Virus record (IMG/VR): IMGVR_UViG_3300032050_013007
Coordinates: 18,254-82,253 of that record
From: a virus
Reading direction: 5' to 3' (one strand)
Length of the DNA stretch: 64,000 nucleotides
The notes below the pieces were generated by a model. The model made no database searches. It saw only the letters and a list, made by a program, of their open reading frames with translations, and was not told where the DNA came from. Shown here piece after piece: positions 39,855-49,531 of this stretch. Every line of letters begins with the position of its first letter. Position 1 is the stretch's first letter. The translations under genes were made by a program, and so were the position numbers.

Positions 39855-42179
39855 TTATTCTTTTGAAATTTTTCTTATTTCTACTGTTCCATCAGAGTAA
39901 TGGATGTGGATTATATTAAGTCCTTTTTCAAGTATTGCTTCTTCCATAGTCTTATATCTTACAGGATTTTCATACAGTTTACTAAATTGTCTAACCTCAA
40001 CATAATCAATATCTGATGTAACATCATTGTTTGTTGCGGTTGTTAATCTACTAACCGTACAATCAACTTGATTATTATTTAAATTAGTATCACCTGTTCC
40101 TCCGTTTACAGTTAGAATTGTAACTCTCATTATGTTAGTACCTCCAGGTTGAATTGCACAACTTGTCGAACTAAAACAAACCTGAGACGAACTCCAAGAA
40201 GCACCAATAGGGTTTGTTGGGGTTCCTCCTCCAGGTAAAAATATATATTGCCCCGGTAATAATGGTCCTTGCCAAGAAGTTGATGTGGGCCAAGTCAGCA
40301 CTGAACCACAAGGACTTAATGGATTTGTATACCCTGAACAATCAACCCAAGTTCTTCTCCAAGTAAATGATGTAATAGGAACTGAACCTGTGTTTGTAAC
40401 TTTCCATTGGAAAGATACTGCGGCTTGAGATGATGGAACTGTTATACTCCCTGATAATGGAGAAGTTATAATTAAAGATAAATCCGCACCTGTAACTGCC
40501 GGTTGAGTAATTGTGAAACTTGATTGTTTTGTATTATCTGTGGATATGGTCTCAGATACTGAACCCATATAGTTTACCCTACTTATAATGTATCTTAACC
40601 CTGAGGTATTTCCAACATTATATGTTAAAGTTTCAACATCAGTTGCAACACCACCTCCAAGAGTACCACTAGTTGTACCAATAATAATATCATCAGCATC
40701 ACCCCAAGTTGTGTTAGTTGATAATCTATGTTGAGTCATCACATTAACCGCAGGGTATGAAGGATTTTGAGTTGCAATTGTTGCAGTGATTGTAATACTA
40801 GAGTTAGCAAGAACTGATGTTGGATTAATAGTTAAAGTATTAATTACAAAATTATGTATTTGTGATGGTGGTGGTGGAGGTGGTACATCTCCTCCCGGAT
40901 TTGGTGTTGAGTTGATTGCATCTCTCAAATTAATTCTACCATAACCAAGTTCATTACTTCTTGTAGAATATGGCCAAGTTGGATTATTTGTATAACTATA
41001 CCCACCAACTTTTTCTGCGGTTTGAGATAATATTTGTAACACTTGGTCATCAGTTAATTCCCAATTCTTATAAAAACAAAATGCCGCTGAAGCCGCAAAT
41101 ATCGGACAAGAGAATGATGTTCCACTTATTGAGGTGTAATCACCCGAATTATATCCTGCAGTTCCTGGTCTATCGACAGTTCTAATTGAAACGCCAGGTG
41201 CGGATATATCACAAATTTGTCCAAAGTTAGAAAAACTTGCTTTAAAGTCACTTTGTGATGTTGCACCAATACCCCAAACACCACTATAATTTGCAGGATA
41301 CTGAGCGGCAGTTCCTGAATATTGATTACCAGACGATGCAACTACAACCATACCTTTACCGCCTCTCGCAGTTGTTCTTGCGGATTGAAAGGCGGCATCC
41401 AATGCTGATGAATAAGATGAACCTCCATAAGACATTGCAATTGCAACACAGGTTGGATTAGCCATCGCAGCATTAACACCATTAATTTGGATAACATCAG
41501 AAGTAAAAAAACTACCTCCATCAAATACTTGTGACATAATGTTAACTGGCATAACTTTTACTTTGTTATTACCAACACTACTAACACCGATACTATTATT
41601 TGTAACCGCCGCAATAGTACCTGAACAAGTTGTTCCGTGTTTGTCAAAAGAATTAACATAAGGAATATTAGTTGTACTGTTAACCGCATTAAATGGATTT
41701 GTTGTGTTTCCAGCTAAATCAGGAATAGTTAAATCAAGCCCTCCATCAAACATTGCAACACTTACTGTTGGATTGTTTGCCGGAACCAAGTCCCAAGCTT
41801 CGTCAGCATCAATATCCTTATCCGTAGATTGTTTAAGATGCCAACATTGGTTAAACTCAACATCATTTGGAATATAATCCAATTTCATTTCTACTTTTTG
41901 GTCTTTGTAGACCTCTTTAATAAACGGAAGGTCTTTAGATGACCTAACGAATGAATCTTGAGTTAAGTTTTCAGGTAGTAATACAACATACCATCCAAGC
42001 TGCTCAAAATTAGCAACAATCTGAGCGTTACTTCTTTGAATAAACGCTTGGGTTTGGGATTCCATTCCTTTTTGTGGAACCACCATTACTTGTCTGTCAA
42101 TATTTTTGGATAGGTCATACTGACTATATCCAAAAATAAATGAGAAACAAAACGAGAGTAATAAAACGATTTTTTTCAT
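39855..42179 (-). CDS. Secreted S8 subtilisin-like serine protease with Ig/CARDB-like domains and T9SS-like C-terminal domain
   Basis: Sec signal MKKIVLLLSFCFSFIFGYSQ. Triad VAMFDGG / HGTTCSG / GTSFSCP and oxyanion SSGN. C-terminus KGLNIIHIHYSDGTVEIRKISKE. Confidence 0.88.
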   Translation of the reverse strand: MKKIVLLLSFCFSFIFGYSQYDLSKNIDRQVMVVPQKGMESQTQAFIQRSNAQIVANFEQLGWYVVLLPENLTQDSFVRSSKDLPFIKEVYKDQKVEMKLDYIPNDVEFNQCWHLKQSTDKDIDADEAWDLVPANNPTVSVAMFDGGLDLTIPDLAGNTTNPFNAVNSTTNIPYVNSFDKHGTTCSGTIAAVTNNSIGVSSVGNNKVKVMPVNIMSQVFDGGSFFTSDVIQINGVNAAMANPTCVAIAMSYGGSSYSSALDAAFQSARTTARGGKGMVVVASSGNQYSGTAAQYPANYSGVWGIGATSQSDFKASFSNFGQICDISAPGVSIRTVDRPGTAGYNSGDYTSISGTSFSCPIFAASAAFCFYKNWELTDDQVLQILSQTAEKVGGYSYTNNPTWPYSTRSNELGYGRINLRDAINSTPNPGGDVPPPPPPSQIHNFVINTLTINPTSVLANSSITITATIATQNPSYPAVNVMTQHRLSTNTTWGDADDIIIGTTSGTLGGGVATDVETLTYNVGNTSGLRYIISRVNYMGSVSETISTDNTKQSSFTITQPAVTGADLSLIITSPLSGSITVPSSQAAVSFQWKVTNTGSVPITSFTWRRTWVDCSGYTNPLSPCGSVLTWPTSTSWQGPLLPGQYIFLPGGGTPTNPIGASWSSSQVCFSSTSCAIQPGGTNIMRVTILTVNGGTGDTNLNNNQVDCTVSRLTTATNNDVTSDIDYVEVRQFSKLYENPVRYKTMEEAILEKGLNIIHIHYSDGTVEIRKISKE

Positions 42180-42200
42180 TTTAAAGGTTAATTAATTTAT

Positions 42201-42785
42201 TTATTTACTTCGTTTATACTTATTAAAATCCGTATAAACGGGAGTTTCGTTTTTGAAATAATATATTTCTTCTTTATTTCCATATCTTATTGTTTTTATG
42301 AACGCATCAGGAACTGTAGCTCCTGACGGAAGAATTAAAGATTTTTTAGAATACACCATTCTAATCTCAACAATAACCGATTGTTTTTTAGACAATTCTC
42401 TTTCATATTGTTCTAATAATCTCCACACACCTCTATTTAATTTTTCGTGTTGTAAAACACAATTTAAGTATGTGAATGTTAATTTAAGAGTTTCTTTATT
42501 ACAATTAAAGTCGGCGGCAGGAGCCAAATGACCCTTATCGTATATGTTATTCTCGTAATCCCTGTTATCAGAAGTTAAAATAGAATCACAGGTATAAAAA
42601 TCTAAACCTTTACGAGATATATTCCCATCAGAACATTTTACGTGATATTCAATCCATTTTGGTTGTTGTAATTTTTCAGAATAAACTATATCAAAAATAG
42701 AGGTTCTTATATAAATTGAATCTCTTATTTGTCCGAATGAAAAAATTGATAATAATAAAAAAATCTTAAAAAAAATAAACTTCAT
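42201..42785 (-). CDS. Secreted DNA/RNA non-specific endonuclease (NucA/EndoG family)
   Basis: Signal peptide, YDKGHLAPAADF, TFTYLN..LQ...LNRGVW..LE, VPDAF.K. Confidence 0.9.
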   Translation of the reverse strand: MKFIFFKIFLLLSIFSFGQIRDSIYIRTSIFDIVYSEKLQQPKWIEYHVKCSDGNISRKGLDFYTCDSILTSDNRDYENNIYDKGHLAPAADFNCNKETLKLTFTYLNCVLQHEKLNRGVWRLLEQYERELSKKQSVIVEIRMVYSKKSLILPSGATVPDAFIKTIRYGNKEEIYYFKNETPVYTDFNKYKRSK

Positions 42786-42875
42786 TTATAACAAATAATT
42801 TACTATAAATATCTAAAATTGTTTTCGAGTTTTGTTTAACTTTATAAATTAGACAAACAACAAAATAGTATAGAC

Positions 42876-42904
42876 AAAAAAAAGGGGTTCATTATGAACC
42901 CCTT
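42876..42904 (-). terminator. Intrinsic terminator
   Basis: aaaaaaaaggggttca-tta-tgaacccctt. Confidence 0.85.
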
Positions 42905-42925
42905 AATAATTAATTAATATAATGT

Positions 42926-43717
42926 TTAAAACATAATCTGTAAATTGGCGGTAATTGGTCTATTAGCAACAGTTGGGTTTGGTACAATTGCGGTTTTATA
43001 CATAGGATTCACCATTATAGTTAAACGACTTTGAGCGTCGGTAGTTTTAGAGAACTGCAATGTTCTTTTAATTACAACTCCTACATTTGTAAAACCAGCT
43101 TTAGATTGGAAGTTTAACTGTGATTCACCTGTGACATACCCAACAAATAAATCGGCATTGTAATCTAAGTGATAAGTTGCCTCAATATACGCAGCTCCTC
43201 TTTTATACGCTTCATTTTGATAAAATACAAAGCTACCCCATAAGTCAATTCTTGATTTAAGGTCTCCTTTATATTTTAACGCCAACTCAAAAAAGTGATT
43301 TGTTGTTGCTTTGTCAAAATGGAAAAAAGAAGTATCTGATTGGGTTGGGGTGTTTTGATTAAAATAAACATCCTGTATTCCTATTGATGTGTTATACACA
43401 TTAAAAAACATTCCGTTTTTAACAGTATTACCGTATCCATCTTTAAATTGATTGTATACAACACAAGCTTCTGAATTTAATGTAAACCAATCAACTGGTT
43501 GATAGTCGGCTTCCATTTTTATTACAGGTTGTTTACCAACGTCCATACCTCTCCATAAATTACTTGTCGCCATTCCGTATTCACTCGTAAATGGACTTTG
43601 TTTTTTCTTTGGTTTAAAGAATAACCCTTGTTCAGTTGTATCGGCAATTGAAGTTTGTCCAATCGCAAATATTGATACGAACATCATTAGGGTTAAAAAT
43701 AAAATTTGTTTTTTCAT
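42926..43717 (-). CDS. Putative outer-membrane beta-barrel protein
   Basis: Signal peptide, SNLWRGMD...PVI motif (TorF/TIGR02001-like), amphipathic strands, terminal aromatic ...ANLQIMF (BAM beta-signal). Confidence 0.65.
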   Translation of the reverse strand: MKKQILFLTLMMFVSIFAIGQTSIADTTEQGLFFKPKKKQSPFTSEYGMATSNLWRGMDVGKQPVIKMEADYQPVDWFTLNSEACVVYNQFKDGYGNTVKNGMFFNVYNTSIGIQDVYFNQNTPTQSDTSFFHFDKATTNHFFELALKYKGDLKSRIDLWGSFVFYQNEAYKRGAAYIEATYHLDYNADLFVGYVTGESQLNFQSKAGFTNVGVVIKRTLQFSKTTDAQSRLTIMVNPMYKTAIVPNPTVANRPITANLQIMF

Positions 43718-43786
43718 TTTTTGTTTTTTAAAATTTATTTATAGTATTCATAAATATATAAAATTTTACCAAATTTGTAAATTACA

Positions 43787-43818
43787 TTTGGAGATTACTA
43801 ATTTTCGATATATATTTG
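43787..43818 (+). promoter_or_regulatory. Bacteroidota-type promoter with no downstream ORF
   Basis: TTTG (43787)-20 nt-TATATTTG (43811). Confidence 0.55.
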
Positions 43819-43821
43819 TAA

Positions 43822-43905
43822 AACATTTGAAAACAAGGTTAGAACGAAACAATCCTAATCTTTAGGTGGGTTGGAAGACGATTAAGATACAAGGCCCACC
43901 TTATT
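43822..43905 (+). ncRNA. Candidate small non-coding RNA
   Basis: GC-richer 80-nt island after the promoter, with stem aggtggg (43864)/cccacct (43895). No ORF. Confidence 0.3.
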
Positions 43906-44318
43906 TATCTCCATAAAACCAATTGATTTCTACCAACTCTAAATGGGTTTTCTTCAGATTCTCTGAAAACTGTAGTTATAATAAGCTTCCAATATGTCCC
44001 ATCAACATGAACAGGAGTAACAGGAACCGCGAGCTCCCAATTTAATGATTTTAATATAAAAGATTCATCATCTTTTATTTCACCACTAACTATTTTTTCA
44101 GAAATCTCTCTAATAAATAAACTTACAAATTCTTTTAGTTCGGAATTTGATATTTCTCTTTGATTATACGAATCGCCCAATTCGGGTCTTGTTGCTCTAT
44201 CAAAAGCATGTTTTTTCCTATCGACCTCAAAATTAAAAATTATTTTTAACTCAGAAGATATTTGAGCAATTCTTTTTTCTAATAATAAATGTTCTTTTAT
44301 TATTTTTCTAAGTGTCAT
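43905..44318 (-). CDS. Hypothetical protein, possible DUF4258/RelE-like RNase fold
   Basis: HAFDR...REIS..E and LIITTVFR motifs, leader LRKIIKEHLLLE, GATATTTAT at 44324. Confidence 0.6.
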   Translation of the reverse strand: MTLRKIIKEHLLLEKRIAQISSELKIIFNFEVDRKKHAFDRATRPELGDSYNQREISNSELKEFVSLFIREISEKIVSGEIKDDESFILKSLNWELAVPVTPVHVDGTYWKLIITTVFRESEENPFRVGRNQLVLWR

Positions 44319-44348
44319 TTTACATAAATATCCCCAATTAATAAAAAT

Positions 44349-44377
44349 AAAAAAGGTCAGATTTCTCTGACCTTTTT
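44349..44377 (-). terminator. Intrinsic terminator after major capsid gene
   Basis: aaaaaaggtcaga-tttc-tctgaccttttt. Confidence 0.88.
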
Positions 44378-44397
44378 ATTATTCTAAAGATAATTGA

Positions 44398-46251
44398 TTA
44401 TCTCAATTCTCTTAAGTCGAATGAACGAACACCATCAACTGTGATACGTCCGTAGAAACGGTTATTAACCATTTTCTTAGCGTAACGTGTCATGATACCC
44501 TTGATAGGTGTAAAGTTGAATGGATTGTACATAGTTGGAGTTAATTGAAGTGGTACATACGGTGCGTAAATGTAACCAGTATCAAGTAACGATGTACCTT
44601 TGTGACCAATCAATACTTGGTTTGGTGGGAAGTATGGGTCACGATATACTTGGTAACGACCAGCAAGTGTACCCACTCTTTCAATACCCATGTTGTATTG
44701 GTCTTGCTCAGGTGATGCGTTAGAAACGTGGAAGTATTCTAAGTCATCAAAGATTGCAGAAACCTCAGATGATACAACAATCCAGTTAGCTCCACCACGA
44801 AGTGTTGACTTGTGGATTTGAGCTGATAATTGGTTAATTGCCGTAATCAAAGTTTGGTTCCAGTCTTTCTGAGTGTAAGAAGTTGTGTTAGCAAGTCTTC
44901 TCCATCCGTTGTAGTCCCAACGTAAATTCCAAGCCGCACCTTTACGAAGGTCACGAAGGATTTCACGGTCAATTTCAGCCGCAACTTGTTCTGACAACAA
45001 TGCTGTCAATTCAGCTTCAGCGTCAATGTTGTGGAATGCCGCAACGTCTTGAGCAAGTTCTGGTGACCATTGTGCTCTCAACTTTCTTTCAGTTACAGAA
45101 ACTGTTACTGACTCAAGGTCGAAAGAAACTTCACCAATCTTGTCTTCAAATTCTAACTCTTCATAACGTCTCCAAGCCGCGTAGAACGAAGTAGTCGTAG
45201 CCGCAGATGTGATAGTTGCACCAGTGTAACCATCGATAGTGTCAGAACCACATGTAGGACATGCAGGACATGATAAGTCAACCTCAAGATAAATAAAACC
45301 TTGTGGTGAACAGATGTCATCATACTGACCACCATTACCTTGTGTTGGCCATGATGCTGTTCTTTGATTGTAGTTTGGATTAATAATTGCTCTACCGTAT
45401 TGTTGAGTAACTACTCTATACAATAGAGGTCCTGATGAAAGTGCGCAAGGGCTACTAGGTGCAGTAAGACCTGAACCTGAATAAATGATTAAGTTCGATA
45501 AGAAAGATTCTGTATCATATTCAGCACCATCAGGAGCGGTAAGTTTACCAGCACCTGTATTAGAAAATCCTGAAAGACCGATAGTAATTTTTCTTGTGTT
45601 ACCGGCATAAGAGGCTGAAGATGTTTGAGGTGCCAATGCGCCGTTTTGCCATGTCATAACAATACAGTTAGATGTAATTGCAGACCAACGACCTTTTGAA
45701 TAGTCAAAAAGACCTGCTGGGTCAAGACCTGGCTCAGAACCTTCATAGAATAAATCGTAAAGGTTTTTAGCGTATGTACCATTGTAAGAACCGTTAGATA
45801 ACGTGTAACCTGAATTAGGGTCACCAGGATAATTACCAGGTGAACCTACAGGTGCGTAGTGTTGACCTGAATTAACGTCATAAGCTCCAGTTCCAGCACC
45901 AGTACCATCTTGGTAACCCTGAATCTTTGGTACAAAGTAGAACAATTTACCGATTGGTAGGTTCATAGCTTGTACTGAAACGATTTCATTAGCAAGTAAT
46001 TTTGAGAATACTCTTCTAACGATAGGGAATACAACAGTTTCAAAAGAACCTGATGAACCGTCTGAAGTTGCTTCGTTTATCAAGAAGCTAGCTTGGTTTT
46101 CATAAAGCTGAGCTACGTTCTCTTTTAGGTGACCACGAAGGCCTTCAAGGAACCCTAATTTGTCCCATTTGTTAATAGTATCTTCCTTGATAACTTTAAG
46201 GTGCTTAAGACCAATGTTACCAACAAGACCTGATTCTAATAATGCTCCCAT
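44398..46251 (-). CDS. Major capsid protein (T4 gp23-like)
   Basis: VSVQAMNLPIGKLFY, RKLRAQWSPELAQD...HNIDAEAELTALLSEQVAAEIDREI, YAPYVPL, GIMTRY. Confidence 0.95.
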   Translation of the reverse strand: MGALLESGLVGNIGLKHLKVIKEDTINKWDKLGFLEGLRGHLKENVAQLYENQASFLINEATSDGSSGSFETVVFPIVRRVFSKLLANEIVSVQAMNLPIGKLFYFVPKIQGYQDGTGAGTGAYDVNSGQHYAPVGSPGNYPGDPNSGYTLSNGSYNGTYAKNLYDLFYEGSEPGLDPAGLFDYSKGRWSAITSNCIVMTWQNGALAPQTSSASYAGNTRKITIGLSGFSNTGAGKLTAPDGAEYDTESFLSNLIIYSGSGLTAPSSPCALSSGPLLYRVVTQQYGRAIINPNYNQRTASWPTQGNGGQYDDICSPQGFIYLEVDLSCPACPTCGSDTIDGYTGATITSAATTTSFYAAWRRYEELEFEDKIGEVSFDLESVTVSVTERKLRAQWSPELAQDVAAFHNIDAEAELTALLSEQVAAEIDREILRDLRKGAAWNLRWDYNGWRRLANTTSYTQKDWNQTLITAINQLSAQIHKSTLRGGANWIVVSSEVSAIFDDLEYFHVSNASPEQDQYNMGIERVGTLAGRYQVYRDPYFPPNQVLIGHKGTSLLDTGYIYAPYVPLQLTPTMYNPFNFTPIKGIMTRYAKKMVNNRFYGRITVDGVRSFDLRELR

Positions 46252-46279
46252 TTTTTTGGTTTTTTATTTGTTTTTAAGT

Positions 46280-47881
46280 TTATTTTATTTTAGCCATCAA
46301 ATCTTTCATTCTCAGGAATTGAGGATTTTCATAAGTTTTTGACTCAATTAAGTTAGCCGCAGAACCTGATGAAGGTGCTTTATCCATTTTTCTTTCAAAA
46401 GACTCATTCATTGGTTGTACGTTACTTCCTGATAACTCATCTTTGATGATTTTGTACAAATTCTTTGATTCTTTTAGAGTTTCAACACCATCAAATCTTC
46501 TCAAGATATTAATTTTTTCTTGTTTAGATGTTGAATGTTCAGTAAATAATCTTGTAGCGTATGCCAAGTTTGAGTTGAACACAGCGACTTCATTTAATTT
46601 GTTTCTGAACACGTTAAGTGCTTTTCTGTACTCCTCATTCTTTTCTCTAAGAATTTGTAACTCACCACTATCCACACCTTCAAACGTCAAGTTTCTATTA
46701 GGAGTGATTCCTTTTCTTAAACCACGTCCTTCTTTAGAACCATTTCCGTATGTATGTGAGGCTTCTTTTGTTTCGGATTTCTTAACTTTTGGTTTAATTT
46801 TAAATTCACCATCTAAGTTTTCACCCGATTTATCATAATCAAATTTTGGTTTGCCTGTCCCAACTGATTTAGGACCTTGTTTCATTTTAGTGTTAAATCC
46901 CTTTTCATTTACTTTGCCGTACTTGAATTTAGGCGCACTTCCCATACCGACACCTTTAGCCTTGATTTTTTTCATAGCTTCTTCGATATAGTTGTCATCT
47001 TCATCCACTTCTTCGTCGGTCATTTCAATTTCATATACTACATCGTCCATGTCTTCATCCTCTTCAACACCCATAGATGTTGTATCATCAGACATTTCAA
47101 TTTCGTACATAACACTTTCGTCTTCTTCTTCGGAATCTCCAAAGTCGTGGTCTTCAGGGTAATCCATAAACACCTCTCCTTTGTCATATTTATCACCAAA
47201 TTTATTACGAAGGTCAGAATCTAATTTATCCCAAGGGTTTGAGCTTGGCTCATCTAACATTTCTTCATCCTCTTCATCATATTGCTCATCAAAAATATTT
47301 TGTATAATACTCTTAACATCAGAGCCTGATTTATCAGATTCAAAATCGTCTTCAGCCATCTCGCCAGACATATCACCTATTTCAGAATCACCGAATAAAT
47401 CATCGTCTTCCATCATTCCATATCCTTCCATAGCGTCAATTTCTGCATCACCCATGAACTCATCATCACTTTCACCAACAATCATATATTCTTTGTTTGA
47501 TTCATTGTCCTTCAAATTAATGTTTCCGTTGTCATCTTTTGTTACTACAATTTGGTCATCGGGTCCCATTAATTGAAACACTCTCAAAACTTCAGCATCT
47601 GATTTTTTAGTTAAGTCGATAGGTTCATCGTCAGGATTATCTGTATCCATTTCCATACCTTCTTCGTCGTCCATTTCTGGTTCTTCCATTTCAGGTTCTT
47701 CCATGTCTACATCTGTTTCAACCTCATCCTCTTCTTGTTCGGATAAAGATTCTTTTACCAATTCTTTGATTTCTTCCTTCATAGTAGAAGCAAGTATTCC
47801 TTTTGCATTTTCAGCAACCGCTTCTTCTAAATTTTTCATAGAAAGGATTGCCTCTTCAACTAAAGATTTTTCTTTTGCCAT
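46280..47881 (-). CDS. Prohead core/scaffold protein
   Basis: Highly acidic, coiled-coil C-terminus (LNEVAVFNSNLAYATRLF), between the protease and MCP genes. Confidence 0.75.
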   Translation of the reverse strand: MAKEKSLVEEAILSMKNLEEAVAENAKGILASTMKEEIKELVKESLSEQEEDEVETDVDMEEPEMEEPEMDDEEGMEMDTDNPDDEPIDLTKKSDAEVLRVFQLMGPDDQIVVTKDDNGNINLKDNESNKEYMIVGESDDEFMGDAEIDAMEGYGMMEDDDLFGDSEIGDMSGEMAEDDFESDKSGSDVKSIIQNIFDEQYDEEDEEMLDEPSSNPWDKLDSDLRNKFGDKYDKGEVFMDYPEDHDFGDSEEEDESVMYEIEMSDDTTSMGVEEDEDMDDVVYEIEMTDEEVDEDDNYIEEAMKKIKAKGVGMGSAPKFKYGKVNEKGFNTKMKQGPKSVGTGKPKFDYDKSGENLDGEFKIKPKVKKSETKEASHTYGNGSKEGRGLRKGITPNRNLTFEGVDSGELQILREKNEEYRKALNVFRNKLNEVAVFNSNLAYATRLFTEHSTSKQEKINILRRFDGVETLKESKNLYKIIKDELSGSNVQPMNESFERKMDKAPSSGSAANLIESKTYENPQFLRMKDLMAKIK

Positions 47882-47897
47882 TTATTAATTTTTTTAT

Positions 47898-47912
47898 ATA
47901 AATATATCAGTA
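47898..47912 (-). promoter_or_regulatory. Putative late promoter (extended TACTGATATATTTATAT)
   Basis: The same extended motif occurs upstream of 58053 (58081-58097). Confidence 0.7.
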
Positions 47913-47947
47913 AATTAAAAAAATATTATTTATTAATTTTTTGGCAT

Positions 47948-47974
47948 AAAAAAAGGAGGGGTTAACCTCCTTTT
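47948..47974 (-). terminator. Intrinsic terminator
   Basis: aaaaaaaggagg-ggttaa-cctcctttt. Confidence 0.8.
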
Positions 47975-47999
47975 ATAAATAATTTATTCAAATAAATAA

Positions 48000-48209
48000 T
48001 TATTCAATTACTTCATCAATTTTACTTTCAACAATTGCCGTTATTCTCCAATCCTCTGAATAGTTCTCAAAAACTTTGGTAACTTTTGCCTCAACGTCAG
48101 TTGGGGAATAACCTTTTACCAATTTTTCTTGTCTGAGTTTTTTAATTTTTCCTGTTTCAGCATCAGGCATGTCTGTCGTAATTTTAGCTACAAAATATTT
48201 TTCGTCCAT
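48000..48209 (-). CDS. DUF4494-like small protein
   Basis: YFVAKI...GKIKKLRQEKLV...TDVEAKV...ITAIVESKI resembles Bacteroidota DUF4494. Confidence 0.6.
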   Translation of the reverse strand: MDEKYFVAKITTDMPDAETGKIKKLRQEKLVKGYSPTDVEAKVTKVFENYSEDWRITAIVESKIDEVIE

Positions 48210-48220
48210 TTTATTGAGTT

Positions 48221-48946
48221 TTAATATCCCAAATAATCGTTCAATTTTTTCATTAAGTCAAGCGATTTGTTACCATTTGACCCAACTTCTCTTTCCATCC
48301 TCATATTTTTCTCATCGTCAAGATTTTCTTCAAAATTAAATCTATCATCAGGATTTAAGAAAAGATACGCACCTGGTGTTGACGGGGATGACACTAAATC
48401 AAAACAAATTAATTCAAAGTCATCTTGAACTTCATTTTGTTCTCCAACTTTTTTTAATGACCCAACACCACGAGAAGAAATTCCAAGTGTTACACCTTGT
48501 CTTAAATAATTTGCAGCTAAATCTCCTTTAGTAGAACAAACACCTCTTTCATGAAATCCTGGTGAAGTTAATAATTTAATTTTACCCATCAACACAGGTC
48601 CTTCCCACCATATATCTGTGATAGCATGAGAAACTCTATCTAAATCAATTAATGATGACTCAGGGTGGTTTAACTCAGATAGAGCGGTTCCCTTTGCAAT
48701 CATTTTTTTATAATTCTCGGCTTCTCTTTTTAATATTTTTTCAGGATATATTCTACCGTTTCTATTTGGTGTGTTATACTTTTGTAATACAGCGTAAAAC
48801 TCAAATGGTTTTGAGTGGTCTAACATTTTGTCAGATTCTCTAATAAGGTTTGCGTTTCTGGCTTCAGTTGGGGAAATATATCCCGCATCGTATTCTATTA
48901 GAATACCTTTACCCGATTGACCAGGTTTTAGAACTTGCATATTCAT
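48221..48946 (-). CDS. Prohead core protease (T4 gp21-like)
   Basis: NRNGRIYP, ELNHP, VSH, GISSRGVGS, FDLVSSPSTPGAY. Confidence 0.93.
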   Translation of the reverse strand: MNMQVLKPGQSGKGILIEYDAGYISPTEARNANLIRESDKMLDHSKPFEFYAVLQKYNTPNRNGRIYPEKILKREAENYKKMIAKGTALSELNHPESSLIDLDRVSHAITDIWWEGPVLMGKIKLLTSPGFHERGVCSTKGDLAANYLRQGVTLGISSRGVGSLKKVGEQNEVQDDFELICFDLVSSPSTPGAYLFLNPDDRFNFEENLDDEKNMRMEREVGSNGNKSLDLMKKLNDYLGY

Positions 48947-48974
48947 TTGTTTTAATAAATAAATATTTAGTTTT

Positions 48975-49436
48975 TCAACTTTGTAATACAGGTTCTTTTA
49001 ATTTGTTTGTTTTGCGAAGATGAAACTTAAAATGTTGGTTTTTTGAAAAATTAGATGATATTATATCTTTTGTCATTTTTTTCAAAATATCCTTTAATTT
49101 TTTTGATTTGAAATCAATAACAACTTCCTTAAAATATAAATTAATTTCTAGGTTTAAAAATGATTTTTTTCCCTTTACAAGTCCGCTAGCTCTCAAATCC
49201 AAATCAACTATAAAATTATCTTCAAAAATGTTTCTGTCTAAAATTTCATAAATTGTGTGTCTGATTGCCCTACTTAAGTTTAGTACTACTCTTGTCCAAT
49301 TTTCCGAATCTATTATGGGTTCTACCCAAGTTTGAATGTTTAAATATACAGATTTAAAATTTACGGAATCTACTGTGCCGTAAATTACTTTAGCATTTTT
49401 AAACCCCACTATCGGTGAAGTTTTTCCCTTTTTCAT
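48975..49436 (-). CDS. Hypothetical phage protein
   Basis: ATG 49436 (MKKGKTS) preferred over the upstream TTG. Confidence 0.7.
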   Translation of the reverse strand: MKKGKTSPIVGFKNAKVIYGTVDSVNFKSVYLNIQTWVEPIIDSENWTRVVLNLSRAIRHTIYEILDRNIFEDNFIVDLDLRASGLVKGKKSFLNLEINLYFKEVVIDFKSKKLKDILKKMTKDIISSNFSKNQHFKFHLRKTNKLKEPVLQS

Positions 49437-49531
49437 CAAATTTCCATTTTTCCAAAGTTTATTTTTAAAAAAAATAAGTATATTTGCCTTGCTAGTCAAA
49501 AAAAATTGGAAAATTAAATTATTTATATTAT

